From positions 18,910,001 to 18,974,000 of the forward strand of contig OX597833.1 in assembly GCA_951406725.2 (NCBI GenBank): a DNA stretch of 64,000 bases, given 5' to 3'. Origin of the DNA: Octopus vulgaris. Its lineage: Eukaryota. The first letter of the stretch is position 1, and every line of letters starts with the position of its first letter. Position numbers and translations under genes: made by a program. Below, in pieces: positions 27,329 to 41,923 of the stretch. The notes under the pieces are model-generated. The model did no database searches. It had not been told where the DNA came from and saw nothing but the letters and a program-made list of their open reading frames with translations.

Positions 27329-30300
27329 CCTTTATATATACATATATATATATACATACATATATATATATATACATATATATATATACATACAGATATA
27401 TATATATATACATACATATATATATACAAACATATATATACATACATATATATATATACATATATATATACATACATATATATATACATACATATATATA
27501 TATACACATATATATATACACACATATATATATATACATATATATACATATATATATATATATACATACATATACATACATACATATACATATATACATA
27601 CACACATACACATATATATATGTATATATACATACATATATAAATATAAAAACATACATATATATAAATACATACATATATATAAATACATACATATATT
27701 TATACATATATATATATATATATATATACACATACATACATACATATATGTGTGTGTGTACACACTCACATATATAAGTGGGCAGCTGGGTGCAATACAA
27801 ACTATATAAGCAAAAATTTAGTCATCACTGATTGTGATTGTAAGTGCTACGAGCACATATATTGCTAGAAGTAGCAATTAAACCACTTATAGTTGTGAAA
27901 AAGCATATTTATATAAACTGTCAGAATAGAGGGCTATCTATCCTGTTAGTATTTATTAATATGCTTTTTTGCAACTATAAGTGGGCTAACTGCTATTTCT
28001 AGCAATATATGTGCTTGTAGCATATACAAGCTGTTAAATGATGAAGATATATATGTATGTATATATATATAGATAGATATATAGATATAGATATATACAT
28101 ATATAAATACATGGCCCAGTGGTTAGGGCAGCGGACTCATGGTCGTAGGATCATGGTTTCGATTCCCAGACCAGGCATTGTGAGTGTTTATTGAGCAAAA
28201 ACACCTACAAGCTCCACGAGGCTCCGGCAAGGGGTGGTGGTGAACCCTGCTGTACTCTTTCACCACAAAAAAAAAAAAGAAGAAATTTATGTGTCTGTTT
28301 GTCCCCCCAACATTGCTTGACAACCGATGCTGCTGCGTTTACGTTCCCGTAACTAAGGGGTTCAGCAAAAGACACCGATAGAATAAGTACAAGGCTTACA
28401 AAGACTAAGTCCTGGGGTCGATTTGCTTGACTAAAGGTGGTGCTCCAGCATGGCCGTAGTCAAATGACTGAAACACGTAAAACAGTAAAGAATACACACA
28501 CATAAATTCATATATATACATGCACACACATAAATACATATATGCACGTATATACACACATACAGAAATATATAGATGTTGCATAAAGAAGTGCCAATCT
28601 CTCAAAGTGGAACGTGGAAATGGAAGACATTGGATGAAGTACTGAAAAATGACCCCAGGAAGCTGAACCTTTCAGGAGAAATGACAAAGATGCAAGGTGC
28701 CTGGCATCTGGTTGTACTCAAGAAGACCCGTATCCTGCAGCAAAAGTGTTAAGACCAATCCTTTGGATTGTGTAAAGCACTCATGGCAGTGCTATGTAAA
28801 AGCACCCAACATACTCTGTGAAGTGGTTGGCATTAGGAAGGGCATCCAGCCATAGAAACAATGCCAAATCAAACGGGAGTCTGGTGACAGCTCCGCCCAG
28901 CTTGCCAGCGCTGGTCACACCGTCCAACACATGCCAGTATGGACAATGGACATTAAATGATAACGATAATGATGATGACACACGTACTCATCCATCTTTT
29001 CCAACGACAATAATTAGGAGGGTTGTAGTGGTAGAGTCCTCAGGCACTTTATCAATAGTGTCATATCTGCAGCAACAACCGTTTTACTACTTTTTCACCC
29101 ATCTCAGTGATGCTCCGTTAACTTAAGTATACTACATGCATGTATGTATGTATATAACACGATAAAGGAGGACTCTAGGCTTTAATATTTCTGCACTGCA
29201 CACAAGCTTTCAAGTTGCTGAGTTCATATTCATATACCATTATAGAAGATCATTCCTATTGTATATTTCTTTTATTTCTTTTACACGTTTTAGTCATTTG
29301 ACTGCAGTCATGCTGGAGAACCGCCTTTAGCTGAACAAATCGACCCCAGGACTTATTCTTTGTAAGCCTAGAACTTATTCTATTGGTCTCTTTTTGCCAG
29401 TTATGGCGATGTAAACATGCCAACATCGGCTGTCAAGCGATGGTGGAGGGACAAACACAGACACACAAATACATACAAACATATCTATATACACAACAGG
29501 CTTCTTTCAGTTTCTGTCCACCAAATCCATTCACAAAGCTTTGGTTGACCCAAGGCTATAGTAGAAGACACTTGCCCAAGTTGCCATGCAGTGGGTTTAA
29601 ACCCAAAACCATGTGGTTGGGAAGCAAGGTTCTCACCACACAGCCAGCAACAACTGTATGTAGAATAACATGTCGTAGCCAAATAACAACATAAGTGCTC
29701 TTAAATGCACAATGCATACTATGAGGTTTTTACCCGAATTATGTTATATACACAAGGTGATGTAGAAGTTTCTGGCTTTAAAGGTATTGCGAAAGGCCTG
29801 GTTGGAGGCTCAACCTTCTGAGTTCATTTACAGGACTCAGAAAAACTGAAGGATTGCTACAATAAGTGTATGAATCTGAGAAGGGGATATGTTGAATAAA
29901 ATCATTAACTGATCCTCCAGTATTTTCTTTTACCCAAGACTGGAAACTTTTCAACATCCTCTATGTGTGTGTGTAATACATATACAACGTGCATCAGTTA
30001 TTTGAGAACAAAATCTTAATTTCAAGAAAACCAAGATGTTTATGAGAAAAACAAATACATTTTTAACAAATCTAGTACACATACTCTTACATAGACATAG
30101 CAGAAGGCTATTCCATTAAACTGCCATCAGATTTGATTACTGCCTCGATACAGACCCTGAAGCAACTAAATGCATTTGTCATGTGATTATTATTCACATT
30201 GGCCATAATGTCCCTATTAACAAACATCAACAATGCCCCAAACATTTTCAGCCATCCACACCTGAGTCATGCAGACTGTATGAGAAGATGTATATTTTCT

Positions 30301-31959
30301 TGCAGGGAAATGTATGGTTTTCCCCTGAGCAACTTTCTCAATCCAGTGCTTGACTGTCATCATCATCTCAATGTAGGCTGCTGCATTGACTCTAAGACCT
30401 TGTGAGAAAACTTCAGGGAGCATGACATGGCCCTAATTGCTCACAATGATAGGAACTTGGTGTGCATAACAGTGGAGATTTCAGTGGGGTTGGTGCAGCA
30501 CCTTCTGTCAGTGCTCCTTTTAACTTATTGATCTTAGACAAAGTTTCCATCTGAGATTAATGAAAGCAAGTTGGGCCCCTCAGGTTGCTCCAGGATTAGC
30601 ATGTCAAACATACAGGTATCACAAAGTGGGTAGCAGTGTCACAGGTGTGTGGCTTAGTGGTTAGAGTGTTGGGCTTATGAAGCAACCTGAGGATCACATG
30701 GTTCTGCCAGATCTTATCAGATGTGGACTGCCACCTTTTCTTGACATAGGATTTGTGTCTGATGCCTTTGTGCACCACATGTCTAAACATTGAATTTGAC
30801 ACATGAAAATGACTCTCATGAGTTGCTAGCATTCTTGTTGATGATGTCCTGGGTTTGCTGGGCAAACTCAACTTTTTTGATAATGTCCGATCATTGAGAA
30901 TGTTTTTTGACAATTCACTCTCAGACTGAAGCATCGTTACTAATTCTGAGAGGCAAACAGAAGAATTGCTGAGAGAGACTGAAAGACCAGGGCTTTCAGG
31001 AAAATACAAGGCATGACCTTGCCAATATAGACTGCTTTCAAAACTCATGTGGTTGTTGACAGTGTATGAGGTTTCAATGACCGAGCATTTGAGGGAGTCT
31101 ATTGTCTGCACATTTTTATATATACTCTACACTTGGAACCAGCGCTGGGTTAGATCTGCAGTTTATACTGGATTGGGTACCTATGTATATATGTATTGGT
31201 CTATGTCATCATCATCAACATCGTTTAACATCTGTTTTCCATGCTGGCATGGGTTGGACGGTTTGACTGAGAACTGGTGAGCTGGGACGCTGCACCAGGT
31301 TCCAATCTGATTTAGCAAGGTTTCTATAGCTGGATTCCCTTCCTAATGCTAACTGCTCCAAGAGTGTAGTGGGTGATATATATATATATATATACATACA
31401 CACACACACACACATAAGGTGTGCCTCCTATATCAATCTATCTATCATCATTATTTACTGTCTGCTTTCCATGCTGACATGGGTTAGACAGGTTGACTGT
31501 AATTGGTAAGCTGGAGAGCTGCACCAGGTTCTAATCTAATTTGGCATGGTTTCTAAGACTGGATGACCTTCCTAACACCAACCACTCCAAGAATGTAACG
31601 GATGCCATTTTATGTGTCACCAGCATGCGTGCTAGTTACGTGACATCAGTATTGGCCACAACTACGATTTCACTTGGCTTGACAAGTCTTCTAAAGCACA
31701 GCATATCGTCAAAGATCTCAGTCACTTATCACCTCTCTGAGGCCCAACGTTTATATTAAGTCATTAAGAATGAAATGTCTGATTTTGAACTGAAAGAATG
31801 TTAAACTTGGTGCATAAGGAAATCCAACATTTCATTCTTAATGACCTGATACATCCACAGGTGCCTGTTACATGGTACCAGCATTGGCCACGACTATAGT
31901 TTTATTTGGCTTGACCTATCTACACACGTATATGTGTCCATTCATCCATATATATGTAT

Positions 31960-33014
31960 ATATATATATATATATATATAAGGCGGCGAGCTGGCAGAAA
32001 CGTTAGCACGCCGGGCGAAATGCGTAGCCGTATTTCGTCTGCCGTTACGTTCTGAGTTCAAATTCCGCCGAGGTCGACTTTGCCTTTCATCCTTTCGGGA
32101 TCAATAAATTAAGTACCAGTTACACACTGGGGTCAATGTAATTGAGTTAATCCGTTTGTCTGTCCCCTCTGTGTGTAGCCCCTTGTAGGTAGTAAAGAAA
32201 CACATATATATGTGTATGTCTGCACCCATCTAACTTTGTAAAGTGGTTGATGTTAGGAAAAGCATATGGCCATAAAACTCATGGCAAAGCAATGGGGCTT
32301 GGCACAATCTTCTGGCTTAACAATACTTGTCAAACCACGTAACCCATGCCCGCATAGAAGATGGACTTTAAAAAACGATTTTATACACACACACACACAC
32401 AAAGCAGATAATAAGTGTAAGTACTGTCAAGAACATATTGTACATTTTGATCCTCACTCTAAGTGTCTGTATTGCTAAAAATAATGTGAAAAACTATGTA
32501 ACGGAAATCACATTTAGCTTTCAATGTGTAACAATATGTTGTGCAAACAGTACCCACACTTAGATTATCTACTTTGTGTGTAATGTGTGTGTATAGAACA
32601 TCAAGTTTTTTAAAGATTGTTTAATGCAGGCATAAGGTTAGCGCTGGTTTGATCAAGTTATTGTTATAGCCAGGATGTAAATCGTCTCCATTGCTTTGCC
32701 ATGCCGATTTTATGGCCATATGCTTTTCCTATACATCTAAATCCACTTTGATCAAAGTTAGATGGGTGCAGACATACACTAACCGATATAATGATTGCAA
32801 GGGGCTACACACAGGGGACAGACAAACGGATTAACTCAATTACATTGACCCCAGTGTGTAACTGGTACTTAATTTATTGATCCCGAAAGGATGAAAGGCA
32901 AGTCGACCTCGGCGGAATTTGAACTCAGAACGTAACGGCAGACGAAATACGGCTGCGCATTTCGCCCGGCGTGCTAACGTTTCTGCCAGCTCGCCGCCTT
33001 ATATATATATATAT
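31960..33014. repeat. ~1-kb palindrome
   Basis: The left arm to ~32480 is the reverse complement of ~32500-33014; identity falls toward the centre. Confidence 0.85.
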
Positions 33015-33167
33015 ACTCATGTACGTATAAACATATTTATATATATATATATATACATACATATTTATATACACACATGCAATTGAATTCGTAAATACTT
33101 GATTCATGAAGAGTTTATATATTTTATACACTTCATATACACACGTATGTATATATTTGTATGTATG

Positions 33168-33204
<37 letters not shown>

Positions 33205-36200
33205 ATACATGCATAATGTAATCACATTTGTTCTTGTTATTAATAAATATGAGCTCAACATATATTTAAAAGACATAAATTATGAATATTGATAACTGAT
33301 GTTTGGGTCTGTTGTAGAAATTCATATTTAGAAACGTAGACGGATTTCGTCAGTGAAAAAAAAAATATGGAAAATTACAAGTTGTATTTCTTAGTAGATG
33401 AAGAAGAAATTATAACAGAGATAACGGAGATAACGGAAGAGAAAGGAAGAAGTAGAAAGAGGGGGGAGTGTTTTCGTCATAATTAAAGAGAGCTTATGGG
33501 TTTCTTCTTAGATATATATATACGAGTGATGGAACAAATACGAAACTTAGAAGGGGGGGAGACATGAAGAGAAGGAATTCAATAATTCAATAGACGATCG
33601 GGTGTTTCTACGCTATGCATGTGTAGCAAAATACATGTAGATATATATATATAGAGAGAGATATATATGAAGAAGAAGAAGACCTGAAGTTCTTTTCCGT
33701 CTTCCTTGGTTTGTTGTTATTATTGTTGGTGCTGCTTGGTGGAGGACAGGAAATGAAGGCAGTAACGCGAAAATAGAATTACATCACAAGTCCCGCAGAG
33801 AATATGCTGAGAAATAAACTGAATTTCAAAACAACAGATTGAATGCTTGTGTGTATATATGTATAAATAAATAAATAAATATATATATATATATTATATT
33901 TTATATATATTATATATTATATATATACACGTGCAAATGTGTCCACCCATCCATCTATAGATATAGACACACACACATGATTTTAGACGTGTATGGTTTT
34001 TTCTTAAAAAATTTATTTGAAGCGGTTTTAAAAGCGATTAACAACAGCGTTTATTAATTAACTACACAAATAATCTCTCACACACACACGCACGAAATAA
34101 TAATCGGTTTTTATTTTTCGCCGCAAAAAAAAAATAATAAAATGAATGAGGGCAAATTGCGAAGACTGTTTGCCAGTCGACTGAAACAAAAATGGTTTCT
34201 AACTCAGGCACAAAAATCACACAGTATGCGTTGGTTATACCGCCCTCATTTCATGGCGTATTTATTTTACCGATTTGCCTAAATATATTTTAGTCTAGCG
34301 AAAATTCTTGAGTGTCCCCCCATCCACCCCCAACAACTTAATGAAGTATAGAGGCTAATGAAGGAAAGCATATGTGGTCGCTCAACTTGCTAGAAATAGT
34401 AGAACCACAGATCAAACTGTACTATTAAAGGAAAAAGGACATTGCTCGGGTTGTAATTAGTTTGGGTTGTACTGAGTTTCAATATAAGACAAGATGGCTG
34501 TGGTTGGAATGGTTTTACTGATGAATGAACGAGTCTGTGCATTCTCTTGACTGAGGGTCTCGGACATAGCCACTACACTGCACTCAGCCAGGACACTATG
34601 TCCAGTTCTTGGTGTCATTACTCCATTTTCATATTCGTCGCCCACGAGCTTGATTTTTTAGAATTTTATTTTATTTTTTCTAGTTAACTCAGTCCCACGA
34701 TAATGTGTGCACGGGTTCTGAGCATATGGGAAGCACTGCAACTAATGACCTAGCGAGCCCAAAACCTAACGCTGGGAGATCAACGCCGATGTACGCAGGG
34801 AACTTTCATTAGGGTCAACTTAAAGCACACACTACATACATACACGTGGGATGTACAGACACTAAACTAGGCACAGGCAACCTTTTTCGAGAAGCAAGCC
34901 GCATGAGACATAGTTCATCATCAAGTGAGCCGTATAACTAAAATAATGGCAAGAATTACTTTTGTACCCCACAAACCCCCTTACGGAAGGAAGTCTTTCC
35001 AAAATAATTAAGGTAATTCTTTCGTTGGCGTACCATTCCGAATCTTCCACGAGCCTCAATTTGTCCAAGTAGGGAACCGACACATCGTCACTCGGGAAGT
35101 GAGACGGACGCGGCATCAACTTTTTAAATCAGAGCAAACGTGAATTAAAACAGCAACATCTGGGAAAACGAGCCAACGAGGGAGCGTTAATACTGTTGCT
35201 TGATCTACTAGAAATAGTAGACATATTTCCTCAACTCCCATCCTACCGTTTAAAAGGGGGCACATTTGTAGCCCTACATATACAGAAAGGCATGATGGTC
35301 GTGGCTGAAATGCTTTTGATAATAATTGTGTCTGATGGAGGATGACCTCGAGTTAAACAACACAGTGTGCAGGAAGCTAGTACACAGAATGTCATACAAA
35401 TGTGTGTATGTGTCTAATCAGTTAGACCAGTTATGTTGTGTTGTATAATAGTGCTTCGAACGTTACCGACGGTTTCGCGCCGACTTATTGCACTTGACTT
35501 GTGAGTGTGTGTGTGTGTAAACTTATGCATAGGTATACCTACATATGCGCCCTTGGTTTTGTTTCTTCATAGCTTTCAGAAAATGTCCATTCTTTTAAGG
35601 AATTGTAGATTACTTGTGTATCGGAATATTTCCGAAAGTTATGAGGAAACAAAGTCGGGGTAGCACACATATGCAGGTATATACTCTTTTACTTCTTTCA
35701 GTCATTTGACTGCGGCCATGCTGGAGCACCGCCTTTAGTCGAGCAAATCGATCCCAGGACTTATTCTTTGTAAGCCTAATACTTATTCTATCGGTCTCTT
35801 TTGCCGAACCGCTAAGTTACGGGGACGTAAACACACCAGCATCGGTTGTCAAGCAATGTTGGGGGGACAAACACAGACATATATATATATATATATATAC
35901 GGCGGGCTTCTTTCAGTTTCCGTCTACCAAATCCACTCACAAGGCTTTGGTCGGCCCGGGGCTATAGTAGAAGACACTTGCCCAAGGTGCGACGCAGTGG
36001 GACTGAACCCGGAACCCTGTGGTTGGTAAGCAAGCTACTTACCACACAGCCACTCCTGCTTTATATACTTTTTGTTTAACTATGGATCACTTCTGGTCGA
36101 GAGCAAGCCTATGATCAAAGACATCCAACGGGAACCATCCCATTATTTATTTGGCATTCTTTCGTTTTATCATCATAAAACTGAAAATGATAAACTTTAA

Positions 36201-38161
36201 AACTTTTTAGTCAAGTTCCAACAGGACATGTTGGAGTGAATCTGCAGCCCACCACATTCATCATCATCCTTTTCTATTATTTAGTAAGGCGGCGAACTTG
36301 CAGAATCGTCAGCACGCCGGACAAAATGCTCAGTGGCATGTCGTCCGTCTTCTCGTTCTGAATTCAATTACTGCCGAAGTCGACTTTGCTTTCCAGGGTC
36401 GATAAAATAAGTACCAGTTGATCATTTAGGTCGTTGTAATCAATTAACTCTCTACCCTAAAATTTCGGGGCCTTGTGCTTAAAGCAGTAATAGAAGTAGT
36501 ATTTTATTTAATTTTTTTAATCCAAAAATATCTTCAGGATCCTGTTTTCAGCAGCGGATATTTACGATTTTGCGAATAAATATAATAATAACAATATTAA
36601 ATAAATGATAAATAAATGGCAGCTTTCCAAATTTTTAGTTTTCCCATCTTCAGCAATTAAATTTTTAAAACATTTTTTCGATTACACATTTAAAAATAAT
36701 GAGGCTAATTGCTTACAGCAATTTTCCTTCTTTTTGTGATCATAAAAAGATTCAAATGCCGTACACTGTACCTAGGACCACATCCATCAACGTAACCTTT
36801 TAGTTAAACAGTTAAGGTGTGATTTGAGATTTTGCTGCTATTTCTAGCAGATCGAGCAATGACGTAGTGGCTCCATCGTTGCCACGTCCGCTTCTATAAT
36901 TGCTATTTTTAGCATTATTTCCGTGGCTGTCTATAAATTTCTATAAATAATCCGCACGATAACTTTGGAGCCAAGATAAAGAACATTTTTCAGAAGAGAA
37001 TTATTTTTCTATTTACGATTTGTGATGCAGTTTTAAATATTTTAGGTCTTGAGTCAGAAATTTATGAATTAGGCGTTTTCACTTTATTCTCCACACGCAC
37101 ACAATATATATATATATACATATATATAAATAAAACCATCTTTAACTTGTTTCAGCCATTTGAAGTGCGGTTGTACTAGTTCACCACCTTGAAGGGTTTT
37201 AGTCGAAGGAATCGACCCTACTATATTTTTTTAAAATCTGGTACATTATTCTATTGGTCTCTTATGCCGAACGGCAAAATTACGGAGACGTAAACAAACC
37301 AACACCGTTGTCAAGCGGTATATATATATCATGCATACGTGTGTGTGTGTGTAAAACAGTGGAACCGTGTCAGTGACCAGATTGCAGATGGTACCAAGAA
37401 AATTTTGACTCCAAACAATTAATGCTTAAATAAAGTTAAGTCTGTGGGAGTGTCTGAATATATATATATCGTTTTCGTTCCAGCACACGATCTCAGATCA
37501 GCTCACTTGCTATGCAAGTACATCTCCGTATATATATATATATATATGAAAAATCGCCTATATATGCGTGTGTATAATTAGAGGATTAAATTGTTTTCGT
37601 TTTATATTTCAGTCCAGTAAAGAGAATAAGACAATAGAATTTGACATATATTTATTTTTTTTAAATATCTACATATTATTTTATTGATTAACAGTTTATT
37701 AAAAGGTAAATAACAAAAGAGGATTACAATTAAACCAGTCATTAGTTAGAGCTGGTCTGTTTAGACATCCTTACACCGTTTTTCACATGCAAAACGAAAT
37801 ATTTTTTCTTTTTCTTTCAATATTTATATAATCACAAATTTCAGATTATTTAACACATTGGATTTTCTCCGTGACTTTAGAAAAATAAAACAAACAACAA
37901 ATTTATTTAAAAAATTATGAGTAGAAAAAAAAAGGGAAGTATTTTTGTTGATGTAAGAGAATATATTCAACTACCGACACAAATATTGGTAATTATTATA
38001 GGCCACGATGTTGGGTTAAATTGGGGCGAGTTAAAAATAGAATGAAAGAAACCAATAGTAGATGTCTTTGGAAAGTCGAAGAAAAAGCCGTGAGAGAGAC
38101 AGGAAAAAAAATTTGGAAGACAAGAAAACCACAGAAAAATTACGTATTTTTATTTACTTAC

Positions 38162-38375
38162 GCGTCGCGTGTTATAAGTTTAATTGGTGCTTGCTGTTTC
38201 GACTATTCCTACGAAGCAACTATCCAAAAATCTCCCACTCGCCCTCTTTCTCTCTCCACATTACTATAAACAACAGCAAGAGAGGGGAGCTGGAGTGGAG
38301 GAAGATCTATAGCAGTGGTGATGACAGCCAGAGATCGATGCTTAACGAAAATAGTCGCTAGAATACATGACGTAG
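38162..38375 (-). promoter_or_regulatory. Candidate non-coding first exon / promoter (possibly of gene 1)
   Basis: Unique, CpG-enriched segment ending in a perfect donor (cgcgacgc|gtaagt at 38161); no useful ORF; TGACGT motif at ~38368. Link to gene 1 is inference. Confidence 0.4.
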
Positions 38376-39739
38376 TATTCTAGGAAATTTTTAATTTATT
38401 AAAATTACATTGTTAGTGATGGGAATATACTTTTCTAAGGAGGTCCAATAAGCCCAAAACATGTCCAGAGGTGTAACCATAGTGCTAAATATCAGACTCA
38501 CTTCACCTGCCTTTCATTTTCCACTATCATATCATCATTGTTTTAACATACATTTTCCCATGCTCGCATGGTTGGATGGAATTTGTTGAGGCATATTCTA
38601 TTACTGCTTCAGGTACAAGACCTGGAATTTGGGGGTAGAGAGTTAATTGATTACAACGACCTAAATGATCAACTGGTACTTATTTTATCGACCCTGGAAA
38701 GCAAAGTCGACCTCGGCAGTATCATCTAAATTACTAAGAAAAAAAAAAGGGAAAAGCTAACACTAAAATACGATTGAAATTAATAAAATAGGCGTAGGTG
38801 TGGCCGTGTGGTTATTAGTTTACTTTCAAATCACATGGTTCCTGGTTCAATCTCACAGCTTGGCACCTTGGGCAAGTGTCTTCTATTATAACCTTGGGCT
38901 GACCAAAGCCGTGTGAATGAGTTTGGTAGACGGAAAGTGAAAGATGCCCCCTCTATGTATGTATGAAGGTATGCATGTGTGTGTATGTATGTATGTATGT
39001 ATGTGTGTGTGTGTGTCCCCCCTCCTGCCATTGTTTGACAACCAATGCTGATGTGTTTATGTCCCTGTAACTTAGTGGTTCAGCAAAAAGAGACTGATAG
39101 AATAAGTATTAGGCTTACAAAGAATAAGTCCTGGGATCAATTTCATTGACTAAAACCCTTTAAGGTGGTGCTCCAGCATGGCTGCACTCAAATGACAAAC
39201 AAGTGAAAGAATATATATATATATATTTATATATATATGTATGTATGTATATGTATATATTTGTGTATATGACTGTGGTTGTGTGTGTATGTTACTGAGT
39301 TCTTGTCTTGACATTGCATGATAGTTGTAAATGAGAGTCACTGTCATGCAAGCAGTGTTGTTTTCAGTCTTCCATGAAACATCTTGTCATGGGGAAATAT
39401 ATAACCCTACTTGGCAACAGGGGAGGGTCAATGACAAAAAGAACATCCAACCATAAAAATCTGCCTCGACAAATTCCATCCAACCATGCGAGCATGGGAA
39501 AATATATGTTAAAATGATGATGATATGATAGTGGAAAATGAAATGCAGGTGAAGTGAGTCTGATATTTAGCAGTATGGTTACACCTCTGGACATGTTTTG
39601 GGCTTATTGGACCTCCTTAGTAAGGTATAACTAACCACTACTCATCATTCTCTCGTGTGCTGTAGCTGTAAACAGCTGTTGGCATCTTGTATTTACAAGA
39701 TGTCCAGACCTGTCATTTCCAGTTCTTAATTTCTGAATG

Positions 39740-40180
39740 TTAATGGCAGCAGTGAGGTAACAAGTGTAACAAAATATATGGGCACAACAGAAGGCTCCTT
39801 CAAGATCAGGTTCAATAACTACAAGTCCTTGTTTAATATCCAAGAAAAACATAGGATCACAACAACATCATCATCATCATCATCGTTTAATATCCGCTTT
39901 CCATGCTAGCATGGGTTGGATGGTTTGACCAGGGTCTGGGAAGCCGGGAGGCTGCACCAGGCCCAGTCTGATCTGACAGAGTTTCTACAGCTGGATGCCC
40001 TTCCTAACGCCAACCACTCCATGAGTGTAGTTGATGAGAAATGTATGGGTATTGAAAGAAAATGCTGAACAATGTAATATCAAGTGGAGCCTGTTAGAAA
40101 AGTGTGGACCCTATGTCAACAGTAGTAAGAGGTGCAAATTATGTTTAACAGAGAAAAAAATCATATTGAAAAACTCCATA
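39740..40180 (+). mobile_element. Penelope-like element GIY-YIG endonuclease remnant, interrupted by a SINE (39868-40031)
   Basis: Translates KYMGTTEGSFKIRFNNYKSLF...TT and VWVLKENAEQCNIKWSLLEKCGPYVNSSKRCKLCLTEKKII, matching the YIG...FK.R..N and IKW.IL....PY....RC.LCL.EK pattern of PLE endonucleases. Confidence 0.7.
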
Positions 40181-40329
40181 CACCCATAGATCTACTTGGA
40201 CTTTCAATGTTGGGTTTCTTTTCCCTCTTTCATTCATGAATACAAGCACGTATTAGCCAGATGGTTGAGCATATCCTGAGTCAAAAGTTTTGCAATAATT
40301 TGGTAATTTATTTGCTTTGTTTGTCAAGT

Positions 40330-41060
40330 TACTACAAAAGCAGCCTAGCATTCAAAGTAGAGGTTATTGTGTTGCACCTTCTGAAGCCACCTTTCTGCCA
40401 GTTCTTTGATCCCATGTTAATACCAGTTCTTGTCTTTCAAAGTGAAGAACTCCTTCACTGCAGCTTCCACCTCCTCTTGGTTGATAAAACATCACAGGAG
40501 CAGGAAAGTAGCCATGGATCAGAACAAGTAATAATCCGAGAGACCTAGGTCCAAACTATATGCTGGGTGTGGTATCACTTTGATTCCCTCAAGTTCCTGG
40601 AGTTTAATCTGGGTTGTTTGAGCAGCATGTGGTCTTGAGCTGTCTTGATGGATAAGAGCTTGCTCTCTGTTAACCAATGCTGGGTATTTTTGGCACACAA
40701 TGGTATACATCTGCTCCAGCTGTTCAGAGTACAGGTTGGCATCAATAGTTTGACCGTCCAGAAGGTGTTTGGAGTGAGTTACCCCATCATAATTCCAGAT
40801 GTTTGTGTTTGGCAACAGGCTCTGGAAGCTGGCCCTTGCTTAACCACTGCTTCTGCATGTTGGGATTGCAGAAAAATATCTCCCTTGGATTATTACTTGC
40901 TCCAATCTATGGCTCATGTCCTGTGCTCGCAACACTTCATCAACCAAGAGGAAGTGGAAGTTTAAGTGAAGGAGTACTTTACCTCAAGGGACAAGAACTG
41001 GTAGAGAAGTGGCTTCAGATGGTGCAACACGATGGCCACCACTTTGAATGCTAGGCTGAT
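40330..41060. mobile_element. Mariner transposase remnants: minus-strand 40330-40830 and an oppositely oriented 3' piece 40880-41060
   Basis: LIHQDSSRPHAA...PHPAYSLDLGLSDYYLF (HDNA and YSPDLAPSDY motifs); plus strand SPLDYYLLQSMAHVL. Confidence 0.75.
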
Positions 41061-41270
41061 TTTCTTGTAACTTGACAAATAAAGCAAATAAGTAACTAAA
41101 ATATTGCAAACCTTTTGACTCAACACAATATAAAAGTCGGCTTTTCCTCCATTGTGTTTCCTTTGCCAGAAATTACAAGGAGTGGGTGTTCAATATTCCC
41201 CCGCCCCCATACACACCTCAGCATTTATATATATATATATATATTTCTCTCCTTGTTTCTTTCTGTGTCC

Positions 41271-41306
41271 CTTTCTGTAGAAGAGCGTAGGCTTGAAACG
41301 TAAAAG
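41271..41306 (+). ncRNA. Degenerate minimal hammerhead-like motif (related to the 56433 motif)
   Basis: CUUU-CUGUAGA-A-GAGC(GUAG)GCUU-GAAA-CG-UA-AAAG. Core A6 is mutated. TA-flanked element 41243-41400 shares downstream tcctgagcgt...taatac with the 56341 element. Confidence 0.5.
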
Positions 41307-41619
41307 ACTTTTTCTATTCCTGAGCGTTATACTAATACATCTGTTTGTTTTCTACACCACCTGTCTTAGTCTTTTGCTTTTTCGTAAACTCTTCCTATAT
41401 ATATGTGTGTGTTTGGTAAAATAGAAAGATGAATAATCTTGTTGCAGATTAATCAAAAGTTTAACCGATACCTTGGTAGCAAAAATCACAGCAGAAGAAA
41501 GCACGGTTGGAGATAAAACCATTTGGTGTTGCAGCCATTTGGTGTTGGTGCGGATAATTGAATTTTAATATTATTATTTTTTTTTTTTTGTAACTTGACA
41601 AATAATATTAAAATTCACT

Positions 41620-41667
<48 letters not shown>

Positions 41668-41669
<2 letters not shown>

Positions 41670-41850
41670 ATAAAACGGTAAGATAACAAAAGAAAGAAAG
41701 AGACCTCAATATTATGTAAATAGAGGAAATTTATCTATACAATATGTTACATTATATAGTCAAGATAAAACTCTGAGTTTCAGATGCCGAAGTGGAAATC
41801 CACAACACCATCAGAGTTTTATCTTGACTAGTAATGTAACATATTGTATA
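41668..41850 (-). mobile_element. Truncated copy of the 59565-60090 family with a short terminal inversion, inserted in (TA)n
   Basis: Shares the tail and the 3' half of the hammerhead (CAUCU-GAAA-CUCAGAG-UU-UUAUC); 41813-41850 inverts ~41737-41775. Confidence 0.7.
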
Positions 41851-41859
41851 TATATATAT

Positions 41860-41923
<64 letters not shown>

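Noticed and set aside
35460-35495. Possible hammerhead 3' half (minus GCGCGAAACCGTC)
   Set aside because: No upstream CUGANGA or stems; too short to support.
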